From: Ruditapes philippinarum | Taxonomy: Eukaryota | DNA: 64,000 nt | Assembly: GCF_026571515.1 (NCBI RefSeq) | Contig: NW_026859620.1 | Coordinates: 186,001-250,000, forward strand | Direction of reading: 5' to 3' | Shown here: positions 40,501 through 54,466 of the stretch, one piece after another | How positions within the stretch are numbered: the first letter of the stretch is position 1 | Layout of the letters: each line of letters begins with the position of its first letter | Notes under the pieces: generated by a model | Databases searched by the model: none | What the model was told of the DNA's origin: nothing | What the model saw: only the letters and a program-made list of their open reading frames with translations | Program-made: the position numbers and the translations under genes

Positions 40501-41239
40501 GGCTCATAATATAATTTCACACCTTGTATGCTTAGTAAATAATTATATGTTAAAAGTCAATGATTATATGATTACATATAAGTTTTAGTGATGTATGCTT
40601 GTATACAAGTTCAAAGTTTATGTAAAAAAGGTCAAGGTCATATATTCAGGTTAAAGTTGTAGGCTGTCCCTATTGGTGAGCAGGTTTACTTAGGAATAAA
40701 AATCTCTTAAGGATATTTCTTGCAAATTTTACTATTGACAGAAATAATATAACATTTAGGAAAATTATTTACTTCAGTCCATAAACTGGAAAAGATTTAT
40801 CAACTCCAAAATTTCTTTTTTTTCTGCTTTTCTGCTGCATCATGCTTTATTATAACCATTTTCAGTATCGGTAAAAAATGTGCACACTTTTCTGTAAAAC
40901 GGGATAATACCACATTAGCAGGCTAATTTGCATACTTGTATAACACTGTCTCATCAGATTCTTAACCACACAAATAAATGCTCCTTGTTATATAAGTTTC
41001 CTGGTACAATTATAATTATTTATATAGTCATAAATTCTTAGAAATATTGCTAATTAACCGCAGAATAATAATTCTCCTCGTTGTTTTCTGGCTTTAAAAA
41101 TTGTTGGTACGTTACACCAGACGGAAAAAAATTGAATAAATCTCTAATTGCATGAAGTTTGTAAATTGAGTGAAGGACATATGCCCTCATGGACAAAAGC
41201 TGTCCTAACAACAATCTAAAAATCTAAAAATAGCTTAGT

Positions 41240-41720
41240 GTACAAAAGCCCTTCCATCAAATTTATAGGTCAGATAGAAGCCCTCCAATCATATTTACAG
41301 ATAGGACAAAAAGCCTTCCCATCAAATTTACAGATAGGACCAAAGCCCTCCCATCAAATTTTACAAATAGGACAAAAAGCCCTCCCATGAAATTTACAGA
41401 TAGTACAAAAGCCCTTCCATCAAATTTATAGGTCAGATAAAAGCCCTCCAATCATATTTACAGATAGGACAAAAAGCCCTCCCATCAAATTTACAAATAG
41501 GACAAAGCCCTCCCATCAAATTTACAGATAGGACAAAAAGCCCTCCCATCAAATTTACAGATACTATTAGGACAAAAGCCCTCACATCAAAGTGACAGAT
41601 AGGACAAAAGCCCTCCCATCAAACTTACAAGTAGGACAAAAGGTAAATCTCCCATTAAATTTACAGATAGGACAAAAACCCTAGATAGGACAAAAACAAT
41701 CCCATCAAATTTTCACGTAG
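41240..41720. repeat. ~32-bp minisatellite (GATAGGACAAAAGCCCTCCCATCAAATTTACA)
   Basis: Visible tandem repeats. Confidence 0.9.
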
Positions 41721-42344
41721 TACAAGAGCCTTATTTCCCCTGCAGAAAAAGGTATAATCAAAGTTAATTTTTGTTAATGATGGTTGGAAAACGAAAAGGA
41801 AGAAGAATTGATAACCAATTTCCATTGAAATTAAAAAATTGGCAACATTTTTTAGATGTACATTAATATCAAATAACAATTAAGATTTAGAAAGTGTGGG
41901 TAGTCTCAGGAGCAAAGCATTTTGAGATGTTGAGGTGGGGAGAGTAAGTTTGGGTATGATTCCGTTTATAAAAACAGCTTTTAACTTTGTGAGATCTTTA
42001 TGACAGATATAAATTAAGATATATAATTATAGTTTATGTGATTGTTTTATAGCAATATTATGATGTGTCAGAAAGTACAAGCTCATTAAATTAATGGAAG
42101 ATGAACTTTAATTTTGACTCAAATTAAAATTTAAATTAACTATGAAATATTGCGGATGTTTAGGATAATAAGAAAATATAGATGGTGTTGGTATTGATGT
42201 TTTGAAAAGGTTTTGCACGAAATAATTATAGTGTGCTAAAAATTCAATGAACTTTAGACAATTTCTTTTGTGTTCATTTTGTACATCCCTCTAAACTGTT
42301 GCAGGTAGACTAAGATTGTCCATGTTGAGTGTCCTGCCAGATAT

Positions 42345-42920
42345 TGTTAAGACTGTGATTTGTTAATAATTAGCAGAATTTACTTTGTGCTTTGTTGATA
42401 TTTGGCAGAATTGACTTTGTGATTTGTTGATATTTGCCAGAATTGACTTTGTGATTTGTTAATATTTCACAGAATTGACTTTGTGCTTTGTTGATATTTG
42501 GCAGAATTGAAATTGTGATGTGTTAATATTTGGCAGAATTTACTTTGTGATTTGTTAATATTTGGCAGAATTGACTTTGTGATGGTTAATATTTGGCAGA
42601 ATTGACTTTGTGATGGTTAATATTTGGCAGAATTGACTTTGTGATTTGTTAATATTTGGAAGAATTGACTTCATGATTTGTTAATATTTGGCAGAATTGG
42701 TTTATTAGTATTTGGCAGAATTTACTTTGTGATTTGTTAATATTTGGCAGAATTGACTTTGTGATGGTTAATATTTGGCAGAATAGACTTTGTGATATGT
42801 TAATATTTGGCAGAATTGATTTTATAATTTGTTAATATTTGGTTGAATATACTTTGTGATTTGTTAATATTTGGCAGAATTGCCTTTGTGATTTGTTAAT
42901 ATTTGGCAGAATTATTGTTG
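42345..42920. repeat. ~32-bp minisatellite (TTGGCAGAATTGACTTTGTGATTTGTTAATAT)
   Basis: Visible tandem repeats. Confidence 0.9.
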
Positions 42921-44366
42921 ATTTTTTTAAATTTCACATACATGATTCATTTGGATTTTTAGGTTTGGTCATTGTGCATTGTACTTGATGAGAAATAATG
43001 TTGTGATTTTTTTTTTTTTGACGATTTTCTATGAATTGTGTACATTTAACAAATGATGTTTGCTTGAAATGTGTACAACCTTATATTAAACAGGAGTCAC
43101 AGATTGCTGACATGTATGGCATGTACATGTCATCTTTCTAAAATTGTCAGATGGGGAGAAATAAAAAGACTTAAGTTTATTAAATGTGAAACTGTTCGAA
43201 ACTCCCAGAGGAAATTTTCTTTAAAATGAGATGGTGTGTTATGTAAAGAAATAAATTGGAAGCAATATTATAAGCATTGTATTGATTTTTACCTGAAAAC
43301 ATCGGCCCTGGATTTACATAGATAATTACGAAACATGAGACTATACTTGCCACTAAAGTTCTGTTTCATTTATAATAATCTTTACTAGGAAAAAAATATG
43401 AAGATAACGGATATTTGATGAGTGAAGGGTCAATACTGAATTTATTCAACAACTGTAATGAATTTAGTAATAAAGATACACGAATAAAATATATTCTGTT
43501 TATCACATATCTAAAGTAAGAACTGTCTGCAGTAAAGTAGAATTACTTTTCACTGATAGGCCTATAGTGAAATGCTTATTATTTAGCACATCTTTATGCT
43601 ATGTTTGTATAATGCAAATGATGTCATGTCAACATAATATGCACAGATGTGCAATATGGTTTTTATTTACCACAGGTGTTGGCATCAGGATTACATGTGA
43701 TTAATCGAAAAGTTTTATTTTCCTTGCAAGTTCATCCTGAAATACTATGAAACTTAACACATTATTTGAGACTGACAATTATAAGTAACATACAAGAACA
43801 TTTAACTCGAGATCTTTCATTGTTTTTACTGAATAATTCCCTTTGTAAACTAAACAAAAAAATTCTTTCTTAAATTTTTTTTGCAAGTTATTTCACCACT
43901 ACTATTGAAGCTTTGCACATGTCTTCAGGGTCCCTGTTGTAGGACAATTTTGAAGACCTGGAACTGTAGCATGACATTTTAAAATTACTTCCCTTTGTGA
44001 AACTTAAAATAATTTAGGGTTATGGAATTTGGCTAATATACCTACCAAGCATATACGAAAACTCAGTTCTTACTGAGGTTACAGTGAATAACTGTGTAGA
44101 CATTTATGGACTCGGGGCAGGTCTTTTTATTTCAGGGCATTGTGAATAGTACTAACAGCATTTGCATTGATAACAATGTATATATATCTATACCAAAGCA
44201 TTGCACTTGGAATTTCTTACTAAAATAGCATTTGTATCTTCAAAGCCTTAGCTTATGCAGTGGAAAAAGCTGCTAGTGCTAAATAATTTTGTATTCCAAA
44301 GATTTAGATGAAACTTTCAAAGATTTCAATTATATTATGGATGTAAAACAAATTTTTTTATTTCAG

Positions 44367-44587
44367 CGATTACCAGAACAGAGTGCAAGTTCCCCGTACA
44401 AGTCTGTGCCAGATTTATCCTTCAATAAGATAAACGCACCAGTCCTGCCCGGCTTCCGAGATGCTGAAAATATATTACAGCAGGTGCAAAAGAACCGAGG
44501 GTACTTAGAGTCGAACTTCGAGGCAGTCATGCGCGCCAGACAAGAAGTTGAGGTATACAGCATGCTCGAAGCTGTATACAATGACAG
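44367..44587 (+). CDS. KIAA0586: TALPID3 exon D, conserved coiled-coil (RLPEQ...DAENILQQVQKNRGYLESNFEAVMRARQEVEVYSMLEAVYND)
   Basis: TTTCAG/GT boundaries, phase 0 to 2. Resembles the recalled vertebrate TALPID3 conserved region ([31 protein letters not shown]). Confidence 0.88.
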
Positions 44588-44709
44588 GTATTTTAACATT
44601 TCGATAATTTGTGTATATTTCATAGTATATTCAATGTTTGACATTTGACCTTTGGAAAGGTCGCAGTGTGTTGAACTTTATATTTAGACGTTGGCGTAGA
44701 AGGAAGCAG

Positions 44710-44830
44710 TTAAGCTGGATAGCTTCCTCACATGAAAGAATCCAAAGTCCCTGTCGGGATTCGAACCCACAGCGGTGAGGGGCAAGTGGTTTGAAGTCAA
44801 CGACCTTTACCACTGGGCCACGGACGCCCC
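44710..44830 (-). mobile_element. tRNA-derived SINE, 5' portion only
   Basis: Minus strand reads GGGGCGTCCGTGGCCCAGTGGTAAAGG...GGGTTCGAATCCC (Pol III A and B boxes), followed by the body GGATTCTTTCATGTGAGGAAGCTATCCAGC shared with the copies at 38060-38495. Confidence 0.85.
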
Positions 44831-45662
44831 TTCGATAATTTGTGTATATTTCACTGTATATTCAATGTTTGACATTTGACCTTTGGAAAGGGCACAGTGT
44901 GTTGAACTTTATATTTAGACGTTGGCGTAGAAGGAATCAGGCGTTAGATTTAAATATCATCTTTTGATTAAGGAAATAAATAAGAAAATCGACTTGTGTT
45001 TTCCCCTGAACTACAAGGAAATGAAAATGAAGTAGATTCCAGTGACGCCCATGTAATGATGTATGTTTAATTTGATACCTGTAATAATGTGAAAAGACGT
45101 CTGTCACAGCTTTTGTATCATGAAATTAAATATTTTATTCCCTGTATTATTAAAGCTTATCAGTTTTAGACAGGTTTTATTGTTTACAGTAATCTATTGT
45201 TGGAGGAAACTTTGATTTAATGAGAAAACAATGAATTTCTTGAATGGGGGTACTAAGTTCTGAACAAAATTTCACCATCACTGCACAAAATTTCTTTATT
45301 GGACTTTCTGAATGAAAATGTCTAGAATGTCAATATCAGAAGATAAAATTTTGCTACCAACAATATATACATGTAGATGGGTCAGTCGGCACAAAGGTGA
45401 AGACAGACTTGACTCTATGCTAGTGGTGTAGGAAAGGCATTATTGCCACTAGCTAAGTTAGAATGACAGAAATGCCTGACTGATCCGGTTTTATTTAAGT
45501 GTTGATGACCTGTAAGCGTGTAACCTTGATTCCAGTGCAAAAATTGAGGAATCAACAGAATAGAGTGGCTGTTTGGAAGTTTAGGATGGTTTAAATTTTT
45601 CTATTTTCCTGGTTCCTAACTTACTGGGAAGAAATAATTGGTAATTTGGTGTTGTATTTCAG

Positions 45663-45735
45663 TACTGACCAAGAGAAAGTGAGAATACAGAAAATGGTGG
45701 ACAAATCTATACAACGGTTAAGAAGGGAGGTTGAG
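45663..45735 (+). CDS. KIAA0586: TALPID3 exon E (STDQEKVRIQKMVDKSIQRLRREVE)
   Basis: TTTCAG/GTAGG boundaries, phase 2 to 0. Matches recalled vertebrate [21 protein letters not shown]. Confidence 0.88.
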
Positions 45736-48419
45736 GTAGGTTTTGTACCTTGTCTTGTATATAATATTAATGTCTTGACTGTTTTCTATCTATGTATTTA
45801 ATGCTTTAATAATAAAGGTCCATTCACCCTTTTGTGTAGATATAATAGATAGATATAAGTTTGCTTTTGTTTGGTTGGAGTGGTGGAGAATGGTGGATGA
45901 TGAAATTGGGCTGAATATTGTCTCAGTCTTAAATTGGGGCAGGTGAGGGATGGGGGGTACAATCAAAACTATACAAAAAGAATACTGAGGTCTGGTTCTT
46001 AAAATGTGTAACTTGATCAAAGAAACAACACAAGTTAGAATGATATTCTATTTTAATATTTAAATTTTTTTTAACTTTCTTATTCAGTACTTAAATTTTT
46101 TTTAAAACACGTGCCCTTCTTTAAACGTTAAAATTTTCCATGTAAAGTTTAACGGGTTAAGAATATTTACCATAAATCACAATGGAGACGAGCGTCGTTA
46201 CAATATTTCAATGACAGATTAAATAACATGGTCATATATCAAATAAAACAATTTAACAGCAGCCTATCCTGCACTCAGTATCAAGTTTGTTTGAAAGAGA
46301 TGAATGGGAATCATTAAAACTGATAAAATGAATTTTTTCATCACAAATAAAATTTCTTATATTTGGAAGGCCAAAAGCCTAAAAAGATAAAATTTGAAAT
46401 TCTTTTGCTCTGAAAAAATAATGCAAAGGATAATAGAATCAAAATGAAAACATATTTTTGTGCAAATCCTTACTTAATAATCCATCAAGCTTACAGAACA
46501 TCTGTGGTTCTTCTCAGGTGCCCGTTTGTGCCTGAAATAATGTACAGAGGGGCACCTGAGGTCTTCCTCCAGGAGAAAAGGTTGGAAAGTTGACCTATAC
46601 TGTGTTGGTGTGATGTAAAACCCAACCAAAAACAAACAAAAAAGTATGAATAATAATTTATCATGGTGAAAGTATGTATTTGACCAAGTGAACTATATTA
46701 CGGATAAAAAAAAAATTGGAAATTGCTAATTAAAATTTTACAGGGATAATATATATTATGAACATTTTTTTTGGCCGCATTTATCATGTTCTGCGGCTTA
46801 TTTTCCTACTATGAATGGTTTATATACAACTGTAATGTTTTTTGTTGTTTATCCCAAGATTTACCAACAGTCTGAGAAATGTCAAGGTTTAGTCAGCATA
46901 ACAATGGTTTTGATGTTTTTCATTTACATGCATTTATTTTTTTTATTTTATTTATTATTTTTAGTACTAAATTTTCCAAGTCATATGATTCCTCCCCACA
47001 ATGACATTTAATTGAGAGCAAAAAATAAAACAGTATCTGGTAATACTGTATACCTAGTTAACTCTGATGTCGGCCTTATAATGGCGAATTTATTAGCATA
47101 ATTGACATATGAATCTCTTTCATATAAAATTTGAAAAAGAATTAGTCTTTTGTTGACTAAATAAAAATCATCAAAATAAACTCACTTTACTAATTTATTT
47201 ATTAGTTCCAGTATGTACAAAAGAATTCTTTTCAGAGCAGTTACATAAGCAATCTTTCCAGATATCTGCAAAATTTCTTGATTTACTTCCTATTCGTAAT
47301 GAAATTGAGATCCATCAGCTGCCTCAGGTCATCCTTAATTTCAAGGCTGTATTCTTACTGATTGTTTACAAAACATCATTGTTGTACAAATGTGTGGTCA
47401 TAGTAACCTTGATGTCATCTCAATGTGGCAAGACTTTCATGTCTTGTCTGTCTGTTTGTTTGTTTGTTTGTTTGTTTGTTCGTTTGTTCATCAGTCTGTC
47501 TGTTTATATTAATTTGAGAAATACTTTTTTACCTCAGCGAAAACATCTTTTAAATTATTTAATAAAGCTGTAGCAGTCATTCTTGGACCAAAATTTCATT
47601 TTCACAAACTGATATAAGACCTTGACCTCTAAATGACCTTGACTTCAAAGGTCAAATTGTACAAGGAGGGATATGTGTTTGAGAAACACTTCTTGTTTCG
47701 TTCAGGATCTTACTATTGAAATTTTAATATTGACTTTTCTGAAATTTAAAATAAACAGTTTCAAATTCAAAGCAAACACTAACATCCCTTTCACAAAATC
47801 AGGAAAGAAAAAAAGGTAATGAAAGTAAATTTCTCTTTTAATTCCGCTATATTGGTATAGACATTCTACGATCATTTTGTATTATATAGAGGTCTACTTT
47901 TGATAAATTGCCAGCCATCGTTACAAAAAAATGATGTTGTTATGCAAGATGAATTTGATAACTTATCAATGATGCATTTAAACCAACAATCTTTCTTGTC
48001 TAGACAGTAAACTCGTTTTCTTTTCTTAGAAATGTTTACAACATTTCCAGAAGGTTTTCCTATCAGTTCTTAATATACTGGCAGTTATGAGTGTTTTATG
48101 TATATATATATATAAATTATATATATAACTCACCTGAGACATTAAAAATTACGTGTGATAAGTGATCGTGATATACATGTACATGAGTACCCTCCCCCTA
48201 GATTTGTTATTGCTTATGTGAGATCAATTTTCTGTCGATGAAATGTGTGCTATACCCTCCCTAGCTTAGCAGGTATCTTTGCTGGGTACATCAATTTGAC
48301 AATTATTGTTACAATGTTTAGACACTTGTTTAAAACCTTGTTTCTTTGGAATTTCTTTGTAGCATTGCAGTTGAATGTATAATATCTCCTTACCATAGCA
48401 CAGAGAATAGAATGAAAGC

Positions 48420-48960
48420 CTTAAGTTGCCTCTACACCTCTCCTTTTGCATCCTCTCTATCTATCTTCTCCAACCTTTCTCTCACATACCTGCTTGCTTT
48501 TCATTTTAAGTGACCCTGTTACATTCCCTGTCCAACCTCTCACATTCACTTTCCCTTCTTATCTCCCATATGCTCTCTCACATTTTCCCCTCACTTTCCT
48601 TCAATGTCACTTTCCCTTTATACCTTCTCCCTTCCCTGTTGAACCTCTCACATTCTCCTTCCCTTCTTATTTCTTACATTTTTTCTCACATTTCCCTTCA
48701 CTTTTCCTTAAAAGTACCTGCCTCCTTCTTTCCTTCCCAGTCTAACCTCTCACAATAACCTTTTCCTGCTCACCCACATTGTCCTTCCCTTTCTCACCCC
48801 CAGGTCTCTTCCTTTTCTCACCCCCAAACTTCCTTTTCACACTCCCCATTCCTCTGCTTTCCCTTTACTACCTACTCTTTCCATTCCCTTCAACAATTTC
48901 TTATTTCTTGATTCTGAACATTTTGCTCTCTATCTTCACTCTTATCCTTCACCTATTATT
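48420..48960. repeat. Pyrimidine-rich low-complexity tract with internal duplication
   Basis: Almost G-free + strand; AACCTCTCACATTC..TTCCCTTCTTAT occurs twice. Confidence 0.8.
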
Positions 48961-49330
48961 GAGGACAGACATTTCATGGGCAGATGTGACATTGTTCTGT
49001 AAACAAGTTGGTCACAGATTTTTGTTATATTATAATTATTATTCAAGGATATTGTATTGAGTAATACAAGAATGAGTAATATTTAGTTGTTCAAGTGATT
49101 AAAGAAAAAGAATACGAACCAAAATGACTGAAAAGCGCCAGGTGTCTATGACAGGTATCATTGATAAGTTCATACAAAATGTGTGGGAACTGTAGAAACT
49201 CGCGACGGGGATGACGTAGCTTGTATTTTACCTTAACGACGCAAAAATTGCATGTTTGCATGTTTTAAATGTAACGCTTTTTACCAGGCACAAGTAATGT
49301 TTGAATTTTTGTCCTTCATTTCTTTAATAG

Positions 49331-49561
49331 CGCGAGGTCACAGATGATATGGTGATATCGGAGATCAAGAAAAAAGGGGCAACTACTGTTCCAGGGGCCG
49401 TAAAAATGCCAGAGCCTGTGGCCGCCCCGAAACAGGGTCAGAAATATGGTATTAGAGGAAGGCTACAACCAAAAGTGGAACCTAAAGTGGAACCAAAGAA
49501 AACGGTAGCAAAGAAACCGGCCAAAGAGGCTGTTCATAAGTTCTATAGGCCGCCTCCAAAG
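49331..49561 (+). CDS. KIAA0586: TALPID3 exon F (REVTDDMVISEIKKKG...KFYRPPPK)
   Basis: TTTAATAG/GTAAGA boundaries, 231 bp, phase 0-0, Lys/Pro-rich open frame. Confidence 0.82.
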
Positions 49562-49924
49562 GTAAGATAAAACATGACAGATTTATTTCTGAGATATATG
49601 TATGCAATCTGTGGTTCGTCCTTTTATGAATGTCTCAAGACAAGAAACACCCTTCTCCAATTTCATTACGATTTTATTTTGCTCCAGTTTAAGCTAGTTT
49701 ATTTAAACTAGTTACTGATACAGCTAAAATCTTACAGAAATATGTGTGGTTTTATGTTCACATCCTGAACAATCTAATACTGATGTCATAGGAAAGGAAA
49801 TGTAATCGTGACTCAATGGCCTGGCCTTGTAATTTCTGGGTGAGGAGGCAGACACAACTTTGGCCCATGTTCCTTGTCACAGTTATAAACTTTTAATTAT
49901 ACAGCCATATTCAATAATTGTATA

Positions 49925-50931
49925 TTTTTAGCTCGACTTTTCTATGAAAAGGGGAGCTATCCTACTCGCCCCGGCGTCGGCGTCGGCGTCGGCGTTAGCG
50001 TTAGCGTTGGCGTCACACCTTGGTTAAGTTTTTCGTACCACCCCACTTTATTTCAGAAGTATTACAAGTATGGCTTTGAAACTTACCATACTTGTTCACC
50101 ATCATAACCTCCATCTACAGACAAGAGTACATAACTCTGTCAAGGTTTTTGACAGAATTATGGCCCTTTTTTGACTTAGAAAGTGTATTGAGCTTGGTTA
50201 AGTTTTTTGTACCACCTCACTTTATTTCAAAACCATTGGAGGTATTGCTTTGAAACTGACCATACTTGTTTACCATCACGACCTTCATCAACAGACAAGA
50301 GGACATAACTCTGTCAAGGTTTTTGACAGAATTATGCCCCTTTTTGACTTAGAAAATACATTGAATATGGGTAAAATCCACTTATTGCCTTAACCCTTTG
50401 AGATATTGCTTTGAAACTTTTAATGCTATTTCACATCATTACCCCCATCTGTACGCAAGAGAAGGTAACTCTGTCAAGGATTTGTTTTAAAAATTAAGGC
50501 CTTTTATCGACTTAGAATCTTGGTTAAGTTTTTAGTACCAGTCCACTTTTTGACTGAACTGTTTGAGATATTAATTTGAAAGTTGGAATACTTGTTTACC
50601 ATCATGGTCCCAAAACATGGGCAGGAGAAGGTAATTCTGTTAAGGATTTTATTTGAATTATGGCCCTTTTTGACTTAGAAACTCAGTTAAGATTTTCATT
50701 CTTGTCCACTTGTTGACTTAACCATTTGAGATATTACTTTGGAAGTTGGAGTTCTTATGTGCCATCATGAGACCTATCTGTAAGCAAGAGAAGATAACTC
50801 TGTGAAAATGTTTCTTGATTTGTACTTAGAAATTCCTAGTTAAAGTCTTGTGTGCCCTTAACTGTCAAAGTTTTGTTTTATAGGCAAGCACTAAAAAAGT
50901 CGAGCGCGCTGTCCTTCTGACAGCTCTTGTT
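49925..50931 (+). mobile_element. HINE-like element with diverged ~150-175 bp monomers
   Basis: Subterminal IR GCTCGACTTTT / AAAAGTCGAGC, (GGCGTC)n microsatellite, hairpin GCTGTC..GACAGC, ends CTCTTGTT. Confidence 0.8.
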
Positions 50932-53024
50932 TCTTATTTTGTGACTTGTTTTGCTGAATAAAGTCGGTTTAAAGAAAAAAAATCTTCTATTTTTTGGTTT
51001 ATAAAAAGCTTTAAATAACACTTTTAAGATATTAGAAATATCCACATTTTTGTGTAAGGATATACATGAAAGAAATAGAAGTGTTGTCTCAAAGAGAGAA
51101 AACAAGTTAATATAGAAAAGCTAGACTGATTTGCAACATCTTTTCTTGGGCAGACTTGATAAATCATGTCCTGCTGAAATATGCTCAGCTGGTATTCCAT
51201 CTTTCTTCCCTTTGCATGAGGTTTTATTTGTCTATTTTTGTGTAAATTTAATATTTATTTGCTTTGATATTGACAACAATCACATTGTGAAATATTAAGT
51301 TATTTACCATAAAAACCTCAAAAGATGCATGCTTTGATATAAGTATTACGTAAGTATGTGTTCATAGTCTTAAGAGTTTGCCTCACTACCACCTAGATGG
51401 GTCACAGCCTGTCAAGGACTATGATATCTTTGACATGAGAATGCTATCCAGCTACCTTATGGAAGGTTGGTGGTTCTAATCTAATGTGCAAGCTTGTGCA
51501 TGAAATAATTCACAGAGGAACCCCAACAGTACGTCATATGAGTATGACCTTTACAATGTTGTTGTGAACAACCTGAACCTACTGTATTCGTCTGATGGAT
51601 TTGCCCTGCTTTGAATTTGGAACAGTCCATTCAAAAGTTAAGGGCGTTCTATATCAAAATAAAAAAATCAAGCTACCCACAAAATACTGGAAGAGCCTAG
51701 TCAGAAAGCACGGCTTTGCAGGCTGGCCAGGTTCCATGCTGATGCCTAGGGTTAATCGTTTTTGATTCCATGAGGTTATGGGTTTAAATCTAAACCAAAG
51801 AAAAAAGTAATATGTGGTCAAATCACAATAAAAAAGAGGAGGGAATGATTAAATATAGATTTAAGTGATCATGGAATGGACCGACTAAATATAGAATTAA
51901 GATATCATCTAAGCATTGCTTTTATATGATGATCTACTTTTGCTGTAAAAGTATATATCGGGCAGCTCTGTTGTCACACCTACGTAGTAGTCGATTAAAA
52001 GGCAATTTGTGACACTTAACACATCAGATGTTGCCTTGATATTTGATGCGATGAATCATACGAGTTCACACCATTTAACATTGTAAATAATAAATATAGG
52101 TTAGCTGCATGGTATGGTGATGCAATCACATGTGAGGAAATTTCCTCATCGCTTTGTTCCGATTGCATGATTTTTGCAATATTGATTAAAATGCATTTGA
52201 AGCGTTTATTTTTAGACATTTATGCATTATTAATTTTTTCAGCATTTTGTGAATTTCAGATGTAAACTTTATTAATATAAAGTAACAAAATTCATTGAGT
52301 AAACCAGTTTTATTGTGTACTTTAGATGAATGGTTTTTTTTTGGTTTTTTTTATGAGTACATTGTATATGCAAATATTTGGGTGTCTGAATTTTACTGTG
52401 TATTTCTTGGTCAATTAAATCAACCAACTTGACACTTCTGGTCCATTACAGTGTATTTGTTATAATTACACAAACAATGTTTAAATACACTTAAAGGAAA
52501 AAAATATGTTATTTGACCAAATAGTATCAGTCTTCTTGTGGAAAATTCAAATACGTTATAGTACTTCAGGGCATCCTTTATGTCAGTCAGTACTTATGAA
52601 GTGTTTATAAACTATAATTTCCCTATAAAGTTGTGAATATAATTTGTCAAAGGGAGACAACTGGAAGAATGCCAGTTTTTTTGTTTTACAGAATTTTCTC
52701 CCCTGTGTTACCAGTCTGATTTGTTCAAAATGTATTTTCTAAAATTCACTAGTCAAGACTTTGCAGTTTTTGCCTGATAAGACTGTCTATATTTTAATGA
52801 AAAAAAATAATTGTGAAATGAATGGTATATAAAGGGAGTTAATCTGAATAGATGGTTTGACCAATAAAGGGAGTTAATCTAAACAGATAGTTTGATCCAC
52901 CACTACTACATCTGAAATTATAACTAAAATACACATAACTTGTACAAAATGTGCATCATTGAAAGGAACAAAATTTTAATTTGGATTAATAAGGTTACTA
53001 AAAAAATATATTAAATAATTTTAG

Positions 53025-53181
53025 AGAAAGTCAGTGTTTGAGGATGAAGAAGCCATGACAAGGATCTACGGGAAAGCTTCCTACCAGAAAGGACGGACAA
53101 CGGTGAAAGACCCATACCTTCACTACCAGAACACAGCAAAACAGAAACCTTCCAGACCCGCAGGTTATGCTGAAGTGAAAG
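53025..53181 (+). CDS. KIAA0586: TALPID3 exon G (RKSVFEDEEAMTRIYGKASYQKGRTTVKDPYLHYQN...VK)
   Basis: TTTTAG/GTAAGC boundaries, phase 0 to 1. Matches the recalled TALPID3 motif [22 protein letters not shown]. Confidence 0.88.
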
Positions 53182-54466
53182 GTAAGCTCTTGCACAGTAG
53201 AAACTGACTGTCAGACCACCTTTTACAAGCAATTTTTTGTGGTATAAGACCGCTCTGAATTCTGAGTCTTTATAAAATCTTATTTATCTGACTTAGGCAA
53301 CTACATGCGAACATGGCTACAGTGACAGCTTGTTTCACTACACTGAATTGTTGCTAAGTGACCGTTAAAAATTATCCAAAAGTTGTAATTTGAAAATTGG
53401 CTATGTTAAAATAAGGCATTTTATTCAAGGCATAATATTTTGGTACCAAATCCTCTGTAAGCTGTTTTTTTATGTAAATGATTTTTACAAGTAGGCAACA
53501 GAAATGCACAGTAAACATGATAATATGATAGGCAGTAGTGTAATTTATTTATAAGACATACATGTACTTATTTCATGCTTTCCAGTGTTTTATTGTAATG
53601 TATCTAGACGATTATATTCTGATAAACCAATAGTGAAATTTATAAAATATAATTTTCACTGTAGCCGGACTATATCTGAATGCGGATGAAAAGAAAATCA
53701 TAACTAAATGGAATAACAGCCAGAAATAAATGCTGTCATGCGTAAATTTTGCTTCTTTAGAAAAAGAAAGTCGATGTCATCATACATCATGTAAAAATGT
53801 AACAAAATATGACAAAATGTAACAGACCTATATTTTAAAATTGATAATGTGACGTCATGATGTGATGACAAAACAAGGGAGAATGTGCGACGTTACGCGG
53901 CAAAATTAGTAAAAAAGTACTCAAAATCACTTAAAAAGCATGAAATAAAAAGAAAATTTCTTTGTTTTAAATATAAGATTGAAATATATTTCATTCGTGA
54001 ACACCAGCTATTATATTTTCACTCGTGGTGTAGCCACTCGTGAAAATATTGCATCTGGTGTTCACTCAGTGAAATTATATTTCAATCTTACATGCAAAAC
54101 AAACAAATACCCTCTATATCCCTTACCTTTTTAAGTAGTTATAGAGAAGATAATTGAAAAACAATGTTACATTAATGTTCCTATTGCCTGTGTAATGTGT
54201 TATCTATGTCATATTGTTAGATATGTGTGATGAATTCATTTAATAATGAAAATGGAATTGTCAATTATTGTCAGTTTGAAGGATTGTCAATTATTGTCAG
54301 TTTGAAGGACTTCAATATCAAAAATGATGAAGGACATTATTTCTAGAGGTGGTCACACTGCACCGACATGGCGGATAATCCAGTTCTATACTATTGGCGT
54401 ATAAAAAAGCTTATTATTGATGTTAACACTTGATCAGTTAAGATATTGGAACACCTTGTATTTCAG

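Noticed and set aside
41240-42920. ~32-bp repeats resembling CRISPR repeat length
   Set aside because: The units are contiguous with no unique spacers, there are no cas genes, and the context is a eukaryotic intron.
44750-44830. Possible tRNA gene on the minus strand (also 36644-36715 on +)
   Set aside because: A and B boxes are present but there is no closing acceptor stem, and the sequence continues into a SINE body; the 44750 body is repeated elsewhere in the window.
48446-49060. Three hydrophobic ORFs
   Set aside because: Artefacts of a pyrimidine-rich low-complexity tract that lacks stop codons.
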